Virus record (IMG/VR): IMGVR_UViG_3300005805_000065
Location: 19,572 to 83,571 of that record
Strand: one strand, 5' to 3'
From: a virus
Taxonomy: Duplodnaviria; Caudoviricetes
Length of the DNA stretch: 64,000 nt
A program made the translations under genes and the position numbers. The notes beneath the pieces are model-generated. The model was not told where the DNA came from. It saw nothing but the letters and a program-made list of their open reading frames with translations, and did no database searches. This document shows positions 29,598 to 38,914 of the stretch, piece by piece (position 1 is the first letter of the stretch; each line of letters starts with the position of its first letter).

Positions 29598-31250
29598 ATG
29601 TATATCAAGGTATGGAATAAATCAGACGGGGTAAACAGGCTTCATTTGCAATATCTTGGTCTGTCTACTAAACGTGATGATGATTCAACTATTGGTCAAT
29701 TTGGATCCGGTATTAAATACGCACCAATTTTGGCACTTAGAAAAGATATCGACTTTGTAATCGTTGGCAAAGACGATGACGGTGAATATCAGCTTAAGTA
29801 TGATACAGTCAACGATAAAGGGATTGAAGTAGTCTATTACGACTATGGAACATACAAAGTTCCATCTTCATTTACAGTTGATGCCGGCAAACTTTCTTGG
29901 GAAAATGAATTTCAAATTTACCGAGAAGTTGTAAGCAATGCCAAAGACAGCGTTGAATCTAGCTCAGATTGGGGTATAGAGCTAGTAGAAAATGTTGAAT
30001 TTGTTGACGGGCAATTTTCTGTATTTATTGAAGCAACTCGTGAAATCAGAGATATAGTCAAAAAGCATGACTATTATTACTGCGACAAAGCAACCGTTCT
30101 TCATACGTATGAAAACGATATTGCAGTGCTTAAAAATAATTACGGTAACACAGCTATCTATTGCAAGACTGTATTGGTTCATGAAGATGAAGCTACAAGT
30201 TTCTTTCATTACAATGTTAAATCAGCAAGATTGAATGAAGAGCGAAAACTCTCGAGCTATTACAGCCTTCAATATGATCTTGGTAAAGCAATCATTTCAA
30301 TAACAAATGAAGAAGCGATTGATCAAGTATTAGAAAATGTTATTGGTGAAAATCCAATCGACGGTTCATCATTGGAATTCTGGTCATTTCCTAATACAAT
30401 TTATGAGTACAATAAGGCTAGCAAAGTCTGGCAAGAAAGATTTGTCAATAAGTTTGGCGAGAAAGCCGTATTGCTCAACGCTCTTGAATATTTAATGCCC
30501 GGTGTTGAAAGAAAAGTTAGGGAGCTTGGCTATGTTTCAATCAATTGTAAATCAGATAATCTCTACACGATCTTAAAAAGTGCAAAAGTTAAAACACTTT
30601 CTGAGATTGCCGGTCAAGAACTGAACTATGAGCTTTATTACGATTATGAAAAGTATCCAAATTTTTCTCAGGCTTTAAAGATTGTGAATAGCTATGAATC
30701 ACAGTTTTCTAGCATGAAGAAAAAAGTAGCGTTGTTTACACCAGAATCCTCAGAAATACTTGGTCTGACTATTAACGTTAAAAAACCAATGACCGAGAGG
30801 CAAATACTGATATCAATACCTCATGCTAAAACTGGTAGCGTAGAAGCTTTGGTTGCTACTCTAATACACGAATACGATCATTATACAACAGGTATGAGTG
30901 ATAGTCACCCAGATTTTAGAAACTTGGCAGATACAAGAATTGGTGCATTGATGGTTGAAAACTATAAGCCAAATGTTTTGTCTACCGAGAAAGGAAGTCG
31001 CGATATTAAAATTAATATATCAGACTTGCCTTATGTACAAGGATTGAACTTCAAGATTCAGAAATCAGAGATTCTTGATGGCTCAATTGTTAGCGTAGGG
31101 AATAAAAACTTCTTGGTAAAGTCAGAACAAATCACAGGCAACCTTGTTGGTAGCCTAAAACCAAGCGAAGATAATGTGTCTCTATCTATTACAAACGCAT
31201 TCTTTAATCCACTAGAAGATGATAGCATTACCATCAGGGAGATTAAATGA
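29598..31250 (+). CDS. GHKL-type ATPase (permuted motif order) with C-terminal HEXXH
   Basis: IGQFGSGIKY, later YREVVSNAKD, C-terminal LIHEYDH. Confidence 0.65.
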   Translation: MYIKVWNKSDGVNRLHLQYLGLSTKRDDDSTIGQFGSGIKYAPILALRKDIDFVIVGKDDDGEYQLKYDTVNDKGIEVVYYDYGTYKVPSSFTVDAGKLSWENEFQIYREVVSNAKDSVESSSDWGIELVENVEFVDGQFSVFIEATREIRDIVKKHDYYYCDKATVLHTYENDIAVLKNNYGNTAIYCKTVLVHEDEATSFFHYNVKSARLNEERKLSSYYSLQYDLGKAIISITNEEAIDQVLENVIGENPIDGSSLEFWSFPNTIYEYNKASKVWQERFVNKFGEKAVLLNALEYLMPGVERKVRELGYVSINCKSDNLYTILKSAKVKTLSEIAGQELNYELYYDYEKYPNFSQALKIVNSYESQFSSMKKKVALFTPESSEILGLTINVKKPMTERQILISIPHAKTGSVEALVATLIHEYDHYTTGMSDSHPDFRNLADTRIGALMVENYKPNVLSTEKGSRDIKINISDLPYVQGLNFKIQKSEILDGSIVSVGNKNFLVKSEQITGNLVGSLKPSEDNVSLSITNAFFNPLEDDSITIREIK

Positions 31251-31375
31251 GTGAAAAACAGATTGTATTAGGTATTACGACACTACTTATTTTAATTGGG
31301 ATTGGTGTTAGTGCCGGTTTGTTATTTGTCCTGCCAGTTATAGTGTTATTACTGTATTGTGGTAAAGGATTGTAA
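31247..31375 (+). CDS. 42-aa membrane peptide
   Basis: AGGGAG RBS, hydrophobic, coupled at both ends. Confidence 0.55.
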   Translation: MSEKQIVLGITTLLILIGIGVSAGLLFVLPVIVLLLYCGKGL

Positions 31376-31708
31376 ATGCCAAAATTTGATAACTACTATG
31401 TTGTTGAATACCGTTTCCCAATTAAAGTAGAAGATACATCTACTGTTATTGAAGCTGTAGCAATTGCTAATAGGATTTGCGAAAGATTGCACGGTTTTAA
31501 ACCAGACAACTGGAACGCAAGAATATTTGAGTATTCTGTCGGGGAAAAGCAGCCTGGTATAGTTAAAGAATACTTTTACAATCCACATTCTGTAACGGTC
31601 AGAGAGATAACAAAAAATGTCGCTTACCATAATGATCTTATTCAAAAAGGTGAAACTCCGGTTGACATTGTGGAATTAACAAAGCAAATGGAAGAAGAAG
31701 TGGAATAG
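31376..31708 (+). CDS. hypothetical protein
   Basis: Coupled ORF. Confidence 0.55.
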   Translation: MPKFDNYYVVEYRFPIKVEDTSTVIEAVAIANRICERLHGFKPDNWNARIFEYSVGEKQPGIVKEYFYNPHSVTVREITKNVAYHNDLIQKGETPVDIVELTKQMEEEVE

Positions 31709-31714
31709 GTATTA

Positions 31715-31787
31715 GGGTGTGTAGCCCAACGGCAGAGGCAATTGACTTAAAATCAATAAAGTGTGGGTTCGAAACCCACCACACCCA
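31715..31787 (+). tRNA. tRNA-Leu(UAA), short variable loop
   Basis: GGGTGTG/CACACCC acceptor, ATTGA-CTTAAAA-TCAAT, GGTTCGAAA T-loop. Confidence 0.9.
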
Positions 31788-31790
31788 CGT

Positions 31791-31979
31791 ATGAAAAGAC
31801 AAATCATACCCACAAAAATGAAAGAAATTACAACACAAATTAAAGATCAAGGAGGAGACATATATTCATTTAAATATGTAGCTGAGTATCTTACTCGACA
31901 AAATGAGATAACTATGCTAGAATGGTTAATCTCTAATCGAGAAGTATACACTTATTATGTTATTAGTGAGTATAGGTAA
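31791..31979 (+). CDS. hypothetical protein
   Basis: ORF following tRNA-Leu. Confidence 0.45.
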   Translation: MKRQIIPTKMKEITTQIKDQGGDIYSFKYVAEYLTRQNEITMLEWLISNREVYTYYVISEYR

Positions 31980-31985
31980 AATATT

Positions 31986-32366
31986 ATGAATCACACAGAC
32001 GAGTTTCTCTATACAGATATTGCGTTGCAACTCTTTAGCACATTTGCTAACGCAGATAGAAATGAGCCGGAGGAGAATAAAGTAATCTTAGAAACTTTAT
32101 TTCAATCACTTCAAAACGACTATGGAGATAATCCATTTTTCATGCCGGCATTAATATATGCTTTTATGACGCATATGAACATTGTGTTTTCTGAAATTGC
32201 AAAGGCAAATGACGCTGATATCTATGATATTAGATCAGAGTATATTAACCATTATAACCAAATGGTAAGACCATTATTGTCTGAAAGCATCTCAAATAGA
32301 CCAAGTATGCACAAAGAGATTATGACTCTTTTAAGCATAGATGAAGAGTGGGAAGAGAATAGCTAA
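31986..32366 (+). CDS. hypothetical protein
   Basis: 126-aa ORF. Confidence 0.55.
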   Translation: MNHTDEFLYTDIALQLFSTFANADRNEPEENKVILETLFQSLQNDYGDNPFFMPALIYAFMTHMNIVFSEIAKANDADIYDIRSEYINHYNQMVRPLLSESISNRPSMHKEIMTLLSIDEEWEENS

Positions 32367-32374
32367 TAGCCAAG

Positions 32375-32451
32375 GCTGGCGTATACCCTCACTCTTATAA
32401 AGTGTAGAAAGGTTAACTGGTGACATATGGGTTCAAGTCCCATCGCCAGCA
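32375..32451 (+). ncRNA. non-canonical tRNA-like element (UAU anticodon-like loop, no recognisable D-arm in place)
   Basis: GCTGGCG/CGCCAGC acceptor, ATGGG-TTCAAGT-CCCAT T-arm, CACT-CTTATAA-AGTG hairpin. Confidence 0.6.
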
Positions 32452-32593
32452 CTTATAGTAAAACTAAATAACGGAGGTTATGTATAGGATGAAACACAAA
32501 AAGGCGTAAGTAAAGTTGTTGATTTACTGACGTTTCTTTTCTTAGAAATGCTAATGCGTTACAACGCAAAACCTAAACTATGGAGGAAATATT

Positions 32594-33118
32594 ATGTTTC
32601 AATCACAGCCTTATATAGCAATTATAGGCTTATTATACGGTGCTTTTACAGGTGCTGTAATTACAAAAACAGTAGTAGATGACAACCACAAAAAGCAACA
32701 AGTAATTGAAGTTGTTATTGTTGAAGAAACAACCGCAACGACATCAACTATTGCACCAACTACTACATCAACATTACCTATGGCAGAAGTGCCGCAATCA
32801 ACAAAGAGTAGAATCCCACAAGACAAAACGCAAAGATGTCCTGAATGGGAGTCTAAATTTGTTGAGTATGGGTTGCCACCAAAGCTATTTTCATATATAG
32901 CTTGGCGAGAAAGTAGATGTAATCCTAAAGCTCATAACACCACTTTGAACAAAGATGGTTCACAAGATCTAGGATTACTGCAAGTTAATTCTACTTGGAT
33001 AACAGTTACAAAAAATATTTGCGGAACATCTATTGATGGTCTCTTTAATGTCGATTGTAACTTAAGAGTATCTAAGTATTTATACGAAAATGGTGGCGCT
33101 GGTCACTGGTCATTATAA
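32594..33118 (+). CDS. membrane-anchored lytic transglycosylase (SLT/lysozyme-like)
   Basis: N-terminal TM, T-rich linker, AWRESRCNP, DLGLLQVN, terminal W. Confidence 0.8.
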   Translation: MFQSQPYIAIIGLLYGAFTGAVITKTVVDDNHKKQQVIEVVIVEETTATTSTIAPTTTSTLPMAEVPQSTKSRIPQDKTQRCPEWESKFVEYGLPPKLFSYIAWRESRCNPKAHNTTLNKDGSQDLGLLQVNSTWITVTKNICGTSIDGLFNVDCNLRVSKYLYENGGAGHWSL

Positions 33119-33142
33119 CAACAAAAGAAAGAAGTAAAAAAC

Positions 33143-33733
33143 ATGGGTTACTATGTTAGTATTGATTACTGCTCATCACCAAATGATGTGTTTATCAAAA
33201 AGGAAAATTTTGCTGAAGCATATAGCAACTTATGCTGGCTAAATACTAATCCGGAATTTGATATAATGAAATCAGGTGGATCATATAGTGGTGAAGGTGA
33301 TGCTCGTCATAAAAGACCTGATGGGCTAGATTATCATCCAAATAAATGGTTCAGCTGGATGCCAGCAGACTATCACAAAATATACAAAACTCTGCAAGAG
33401 ATATTAAACGCAATTGGTTTTCATATCACAGAGGAACCAAATGTGGGAATTGTATCGCTTGACTATTCAAACAAAACTGGCAATGAAGATATTTTTCTTT
33501 GTGCCTTAGCCCCATTTATTGAATCCGGCTCAGAAATAACTTGGGTCGGTGAAGATAATGAAAGATGGAAACACACTTTTAAAAATGGAAAAATGTACTT
33601 CCATCGATCCAAAATTCTTTACACAAAAGAAGGAAGCTGGGTCTCATTAGAAGGGCATAGAAAACAGGCAACAGACCAGGATGAATTCTTGGCTGAAATG
33701 TCAGCAAAGATGCAACAGCAATCATCTAAATAA
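33143..33733 (+). CDS. hypothetical phage protein
   Basis: MGYYV...LAPFIESGSEITWVGEDNERW. Confidence 0.65.
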   Translation: MGYYVSIDYCSSPNDVFIKKENFAEAYSNLCWLNTNPEFDIMKSGGSYSGEGDARHKRPDGLDYHPNKWFSWMPADYHKIYKTLQEILNAIGFHITEEPNVGIVSLDYSNKTGNEDIFLCALAPFIESGSEITWVGEDNERWKHTFKNGKMYFHRSKILYTKEGSWVSLEGHRKQATDQDEFLAEMSAKMQQQSSK

Positions 33734-33743
33734 TATCCCCCTG

Positions 33744-33794
33744 AATACCACACAAAATAATAAAGCGCTGTGACGCTTTATTTTGTGTGGTATT
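33744..33794. repeat. long inverted repeat (21-bp stem with 3-nt bulge)
   Basis: AATACCACACAAAAT(AAT)AAAGCG-CTGTGA-CGCTTTATTTTGTGTGGTATT. Confidence 0.85.
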
Positions 33795-33798
33795 TTTT

Positions 33799-33872
33799 GT
33801 TTCCGTAGCTCAATTGGATAGAGCAACTCACTTCTAATGAGTAGGTTATAGGTTCAAGTCCTATCGGAAACG
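33799..33872 (+). tRNA. tRNA-Arg(UCU)
   Basis: GTTTCCG/CGGAAAC acceptor, ACTCA-CTTCTAA-TGAGT. Confidence 0.95.
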
Positions 33873-33894
33873 CTACCAAAAACAAAGGAGAAAT

Positions 33895-34272
33895 ATGAAG
33901 CATATACTTGTTAAAACAAATGGTGAATTTTCAGTGTATGAAGGTCAGCATGAAACTTTAACACTTGATGAATGCAATAAACTAATAAACGGCTGGATTG
34001 AAATAGTAGATCTTGCTAGAGAAGAAAATGAATTATTCCCAGATAACTCTATGTTTATTGTTGATGAAGAAGGATTGATTAAAGGTCTAGGTATCAATGT
34101 TTTTGCAGCTTGGAGAACAAATAGAATAATTGTTGGAGATGTTATTCTTACAAAAGGAGATGGAGGAGGTGAAATAATTGGTTTTGACGACAGTGAAATA
34201 GAAAGAGTTATGTCATTAATTAAAAACTTTGAAGGTATCTTAAACTCAGGAGAGCAAAATGGAGAAAAATAA
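33895..34272 (+). CDS. DUF3846-like protein
   Basis: LINGWIEIV...IVDEEGLIKGLGIN..A...IVGDVIL. Confidence 0.75.
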   Translation: MKHILVKTNGEFSVYEGQHETLTLDECNKLINGWIEIVDLAREENELFPDNSMFIVDEEGLIKGLGINVFAAWRTNRIIVGDVILTKGDGGGEIIGFDDSEIERVMSLIKNFEGILNSGEQNGEK

Positions 34273-34468
34273 TTACGCAATCATACTATGGCATAACGAT
34301 AAAATATTACAAGTCAGAACGCTGTATTCTGATCATCAATATGTAGTAGATCAAGTCAACTATATGAAATCAATCAAAGGTACGCAAATAACAGATTTTT
34401 CTGTAGTAAAAACTGTGTCGCATTATGTGCCAAATGATAGTGACATTTATGAGGAAGATATTGTATGA
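34259..34468 (+). CDS. hypothetical protein
   Basis: AGGAG RBS. Confidence 0.55.
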   Translation: MEKNNYAIILWHNDKILQVRTLYSDHQYVVDQVNYMKSIKGTQITDFSVVKTVSHYVPNDSDIYEEDIV

Positions 34469-34626
34469 ATTGTCCGGGATGCAATCAAGTAAACGGTGTA
34501 TTTACAATAATGGGAATGACAGCCCATTTTAATTGTAGATACTGCGGCTGGTGGTATAAATTACCAGTCGATAGTTTAACAGAATATTGGACTGACTATG
34601 AATACCCAGAAGAATACGAGGAATGA
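34465..34626 (+). CDS. 53-aa zinc-ribbon protein
   Basis: MNCPGC...NCRYCGW, coupled at both ends. Confidence 0.55.
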   Translation: MNCPGCNQVNGVFTIMGMTAHFNCRYCGWWYKLPVDSLTEYWTDYEYPEEYEE

Positions 34627-34910
34627 TTATGGCAGAAGAGCACGGAAATATTGATAGAACAGAATATTATTACGTCATCAAAGCTTGGCAAGATGAAAGT
34701 GGTAATAAACATTATCTATTTGATCATGATCAATGTGCTGCTGTATTTCCAGATGGTGCAGTATGGAATAATAAAATTGGTCAATGGAATGTTGTAGAAA
34801 ACAGCAACCTTGATCAGGAATTTTGTGATGAGATATGGGAGAAATTGAATATGGATAACGCATTAATACAAATAAACTATTGGTCAACAACAACGGAGGA
34901 TAAAAAATGA
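34623..34910 (+). CDS. hypothetical protein
   Basis: Coupled ORF. Confidence 0.55.
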   Translation: MIMAEEHGNIDRTEYYYVIKAWQDESGNKHYLFDHDQCAAVFPDGAVWNNKIGQWNVVENSNLDQEFCDEIWEKLNMDNALIQINYWSTTTEDKK

Positions 34911-35830
34911 GTATTGTAGCAAATCCCGCTGAAGTAAGTCAGCAAGTTAGAAAGAAAGTAATTCTTACAAAACCAACAATTGAAGAAATTATTTCTACAT
35001 ATATTGAAGTTAATGAAAATCTTGAAAAAAATGGTAAAAGATATATGGATGAAGATGATAAAGGTATCACAAAACCATGGCTAGATATTGTAAAGGAAAA
35101 TCAAAGATATCTTTCTGTTATGAGAGTAGAAGACTACGATCAGAAAAACTTTGACATGCTTATTGCTTCAATTGAATTGAATGGCAAAAAGCATTTTAAT
35201 ATGCAAATGTTTATTGGTATGGTTGATAACTTACAAAGCCATTTTGAAGAAGATCTAGATAGTAGAGCCTATGGTGATAATACTACTTCTCATGGTTTAC
35301 ACAGTGATTGGCTGTCCCCAGTATCAGAACAATATGCTCCATTTTATAGCACTACAAAAGCTTTCAATTGTGATACAGTTGGATGCATTGCAGGATTTGC
35401 AGTTGCAACTGCATTGGATTGGAAAGAGGATTTGATACAAAAATCTTCAAAGTATTACAGCAATCAACAGGAATTGTTTGAAAATGTTGCTTGCAACTTT
35501 TTAAATATGCCTGTAATTATGGGTAAAAAGTTATTCTATGCAGAAGGTAATAGTTTCTGGGCAATGCTAGCTAGTAGAGCATTAGATTTTGCATCAAATT
35601 CTGATATTGCAATATTCAGAGATCTTGATACTGAATCATACATAGAAGAAGATTTTGATTATGATCCAGTAAATCTTGCATCCATTACTCATGAAATGGC
35701 TGCAAAAGCGTTGCAGTTAATTAAAGACGGGTCTATTGAATTGACCGATAATAATATTCCGTATCTTACATTTAATTATAGAAATAAGCTTACACAAGAA
35801 ATTCCGGTAGATGCCAGAGAGGTAAACTAA
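34907..35830 (+). CDS. hypothetical protein, paralogue of 36179-37027
   Basis: FNCDTVGCIAGFA...FENVACNFLNMPV...FY...SFWA. Confidence 0.7.
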   Translation: MSIVANPAEVSQQVRKKVILTKPTIEEIISTYIEVNENLEKNGKRYMDEDDKGITKPWLDIVKENQRYLSVMRVEDYDQKNFDMLIASIELNGKKHFNMQMFIGMVDNLQSHFEEDLDSRAYGDNTTSHGLHSDWLSPVSEQYAPFYSTTKAFNCDTVGCIAGFAVATALDWKEDLIQKSSKYYSNQQELFENVACNFLNMPVIMGKKLFYAEGNSFWAMLASRALDFASNSDIAIFRDLDTESYIEEDFDYDPVNLASITHEMAAKALQLIKDGSIELTDNNIPYLTFNYRNKLTQEIPVDAREVN

Positions 35831-36163
35831 ATGCCATTAAAGCAACAAAAAAAGACAGAGCAAAAGAAAGATTCTAAGAGTGAGCTTGAACTTACAGTTC
35901 AATCAGCAATTAATTCACCTTATAGTCTTATTATGCCGGTAGCAGATCAAACTGTTATTCACATCAAAAATCCAGTAACAAAGTTGATGTCTAAACTCAA
36001 AGTCGATTCGCAAGAATACTTTGAGCTTTTAGACACAATGGTTGGCTATGGTTTGATGGTAAAGCTTCATAAAGACTTTCAAGAAGTATTTCAGTATGCT
36101 CCGGCATATACGGAATCTTGGAATAAATACAAAGCAAAAAAAGAAACAACACCAGTAAACTAA
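35831..36163 (+). CDS. hypothetical protein
   Basis: GAGG RBS. Confidence 0.55.
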   Translation: MPLKQQKKTEQKKDSKSELELTVQSAINSPYSLIMPVADQTVIHIKNPVTKLMSKLKVDSQEYFELLDTMVGYGLMVKLHKDFQEVFQYAPAYTESWNKYKAKKETTPVN

Positions 36164-36178
36164 CAAGAGAGAGGTTAT

Positions 36179-37027
36179 ATGAAATATACATCAAAGCAAA
36201 TAGTTGAAACAGTTGGCAAAATGCTATCTATTTCTAAAGAAATGAACAAAAATGGGGTTAATTGGTCAAGTGATAGTGAGGAAGAATACGATAGATTAAG
36301 TGCAATTATAGATGAGCAAAAAACCAATCTTTCTGAGTGTACATATAAAGATTATGACATTGCTGCCTTCAATGAGTTAATTAAAACAATTGAACACAAT
36401 GGCTTAACTAACTTTAATATGAACACTTTCTTTTCAAAGATTGATCATGAAAATTATTCAGCATATTACGAGTATGTTCATGAAATACCTAGATCAGCAA
36501 TGGTAAACAATATATCAGGGGAATCGCAGCTGTTTGATAAAACAACTAATAAATTCAACTGCTCTACTATTGGCTGTGTTGCAGGATTTGCAACTGCGGT
36601 GGCAATGAACTGGGAAACTCCAAAGTGGTTAGATGGTGATGCAAGAGATTATAATAGTTACTTTGAAATAATTGCATGCAGCTATTTAAACATTCCAGTA
36701 TGGGTTGGCAGAAATATATTTTATGGCGATGAAGGTTCAGTGTGGGCTTTTGCTAAATTATATAGCCATAAGCTCGGTCATGCCTATGATCATATTAAAT
36801 TAGCTTCTGAGTACGAACATATTGATGAATATGAATTTGAAGAATACTGGGACTCAGTGGAAATTGATTTAAACTCTATCAGCTATAAAGATGCAGTTAA
36901 TTTGCTTTCTGACATAGCCGAAGGCAGGATTATCTTTGGTACTGAAATTCCTTCTGGAATGATGTTAAATCCAAATCTTGTGAGTGCGAATAAAACATAC
37001 GGTACAGCTTCAGGAGAGGTGGAATAA
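36179..37027 (+). CDS. hypothetical protein, paralogue of 34907-35830
   Basis: FNCSTIGCVAGFA...FEIIACSYLNIPV...FY...SVWA. Confidence 0.7.
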   Translation: MKYTSKQIVETVGKMLSISKEMNKNGVNWSSDSEEEYDRLSAIIDEQKTNLSECTYKDYDIAAFNELIKTIEHNGLTNFNMNTFFSKIDHENYSAYYEYVHEIPRSAMVNNISGESQLFDKTTNKFNCSTIGCVAGFATAVAMNWETPKWLDGDARDYNSYFEIIACSYLNIPVWVGRNIFYGDEGSVWAFAKLYSHKLGHAYDHIKLASEYEHIDEYEFEEYWDSVEIDLNSISYKDAVNLLSDIAEGRIIFGTEIPSGMMLNPNLVSANKTYGTASGEVE

Positions 37028-37245
37028 TGAGTAACTTAAATAAAGTAGAGCACCCATTCACAGTATCATTTAATACTACATATTTTGTAAATGGTATTGA
37101 TGAAGAAGATGCATTGGCAATAGCATCGCTTGCTGCTCTTGGTATGGATCAAAAAGTGGCGATGAATGGGGAAATTGATATAAATGAAGCTGTAATAGAA
37201 AATGGACATAATTATACAATTAACCACAATAACACAGAGGAATAG
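37027..37245 (+). CDS. hypothetical protein
   Basis: Coupled ORF. Confidence 0.55.
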   Translation: MSNLNKVEHPFTVSFNTTYFVNGIDEEDALAIASLAALGMDQKVAMNGEIDINEAVIENGHNYTINHNNTEE

Positions 37246-37254
37246 GAGATAGTT

Positions 37255-37896
37255 ATGGAAAATAAAAACAATGCAGAAACATTGCTTAAGACAGATAAAG
37301 CAATATTTTATTATGTCTGGCAAGAAATGAAAAAGCAGGGTGCAAAATCTGTTGATACATGGTTTGATGAAGAAACAGGTGAAGAAGTTCCCGGCGATGA
37401 AAACAAATACTTTGGCTGGTCATCAGATAGTAGTCACGCAGCAAGATGTGCTTTAGGATTTATTATGAATAGAGGCATTGCTGAAGACTTTGAAGTTGAA
37501 GATAAATGTGCGGCAGATGATGATGTTTTATCAACAATCATTATGTCTAATCCCGAGTGGAATTTTACATCATCTTCAGCAAAATTAGTAATGCTACTTC
37601 AATTAATTCATGATAACTATCCTATTGAATCTTGGGACAAAGCGTTTGAATTGTATCAAAAAGACTTTGATGAAAATGGTAGATTTACCGGTCTGGATGA
37701 TATTGAATATGTTTCAGATGATAGCTTAAAAGAAATTAACATTGGTGAGCGTACGATTACTTTTAATTCAGCTAGGGGTTGTTCAGTAAAAGATGCGCTT
37801 CGATATAAGTTTGAAAATTATTCTGTTAATATTAATAAAACAGAAAATGAAGTGTTGAAAGATGTAGTTCGTGAAAAACAAAGTGAGATGGTATGA
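37255..37896 (+). CDS. hypothetical protein, paralogue of 23375-23728
   Basis: YYV..EMKKQG.KS...CALGFIM; AGGAG RBS. Confidence 0.6.
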   Translation: MENKNNAETLLKTDKAIFYYVWQEMKKQGAKSVDTWFDEETGEEVPGDENKYFGWSSDSSHAARCALGFIMNRGIAEDFEVEDKCAADDDVLSTIIMSNPEWNFTSSSAKLVMLLQLIHDNYPIESWDKAFELYQKDFDENGRFTGLDDIEYVSDDSLKEINIGERTITFNSARGCSVKDALRYKFENYSVNINKTENEVLKDVVREKQSEMV

Positions 37897-38042
37897 GTGA
37901 AGAAAGTATCAAATCAATTAATATTGATAAAGTAACAGTAATGATCAATACTGACACTGATGAAATTTATGTCAGTAGATGTATTGAATGTGAAAAACTA
38001 CTGACTGCTGATGAAGCAAGTTATGGACACGACTGTGAGTAA
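37893..38042 (+). CDS. 49-aa Cys/His peptide
   Basis: CIEC...GHDCE*. Confidence 0.5.
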   Translation: MSEESIKSINIDKVTVMINTDTDEIYVSRCIECEKLLTADEASYGHDCE

Positions 38043-38589
38043 AAAAGAAATAGATTTTGAATCTATTTATAAAAAACATATTTATTACTCCGTAGATAAA
38101 GAAGAACATTGGTTGATCGATCAATTCAAAGTATTTGGTGATCCAACATTTTATGGCGCTTTATCTGAAGGGTGGACTTGTGCTGAATATTTTAGCACTG
38201 GTAATAAACATTCATATGTATGCACTATTGCTCATGATGAAACTGAGTTATCAGTAGATGTTTATTCAGATGGTGCAATGAAATATGTTCATTATAGAGA
38301 TAAATATATCATTAGAAATGCAAATGATATGTTTACATATGGATTCAATACACAGGAAGCTTTTAGTAAAGCTGTTGAAGATGAAAAACTTATTATTGAA
38401 AATAATTCGTGGTTCGATCTTTATAGCAGTTGGAATCAATGGTCTGGTGATAGTGAAGAATTTATAAGTCATGATTTATTTGATGCAATACCGAATGCAG
38501 CAGAAGTTTTAGTAAATCAGGTCAAGCATCTTTATAATATTATAGCAACAGAAAATAACAATATGACACTAAAGAAGGCATCATGGTAG
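38011..38589 (+). CDS. hypothetical protein (start uncertain)
   Basis: 192-aa ORF. Confidence 0.55.
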   Translation: MKQVMDTTVSKKEIDFESIYKKHIYYSVDKEEHWLIDQFKVFGDPTFYGALSEGWTCAEYFSTGNKHSYVCTIAHDETELSVDVYSDGAMKYVHYRDKYIIRNANDMFTYGFNTQEAFSKAVEDEKLIIENNSWFDLYSSWNQWSGDSEEFISHDLFDAIPNAAEVLVNQVKHLYNIIATENNNMTLKKASW

Positions 38590-38816
38590 ATACACACATT
38601 CCAGCTTATGTTAGAGTAAATGTTACATATAAATTTGTATATCCAACTCATGACATAACACTCAATTGGAAAGACTTAGAAGATGAGTTTCTATTAAAAA
38701 AAGTTAAAGAGATGATTCTCGAGTTTTTATTTGAAGACTTATCTTCTAATGAAGATGGAACAATTGAATGGTTTGATGATGATACAAATGAACCACTTGG
38801 CTGGGGACCGGTATGA
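38583..38816 (+). CDS. hypothetical protein
   Basis: Coupled ORF. Confidence 0.5.
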   Translation: MVDTHIPAYVRVNVTYKFVYPTHDITLNWKDLEDEFLLKKVKEMILEFLFEDLSSNEDGTIEWFDDDTNEPLGWGPV

Positions 38817-38914
38817 AAAGAAATACACAGGGTGTCTTATTTATAATTGGGGTAGCACTATACCTCGTATTTATGACAGCTTTTGTTGGATCTTGTATTG
38901 GAAGTAATTTATGA
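38813..38914 (+). CDS. 33-aa membrane peptide
   Basis: ATGA overlaps at both ends, hydrophobic helix. Confidence 0.5.
   Translation: MKRNTQGVLFIIGVALYLVFMTAFVGSCIGSNL

Noticed and set aside
32455-32593. Riboswitch (c-di-AMP or c-di-GMP) upstream of the transglycosylase
   Set aside because: Only a weak hairpin and an ACGCAAAAC fragment; the conserved cores of ydaO or GEMM are not present.
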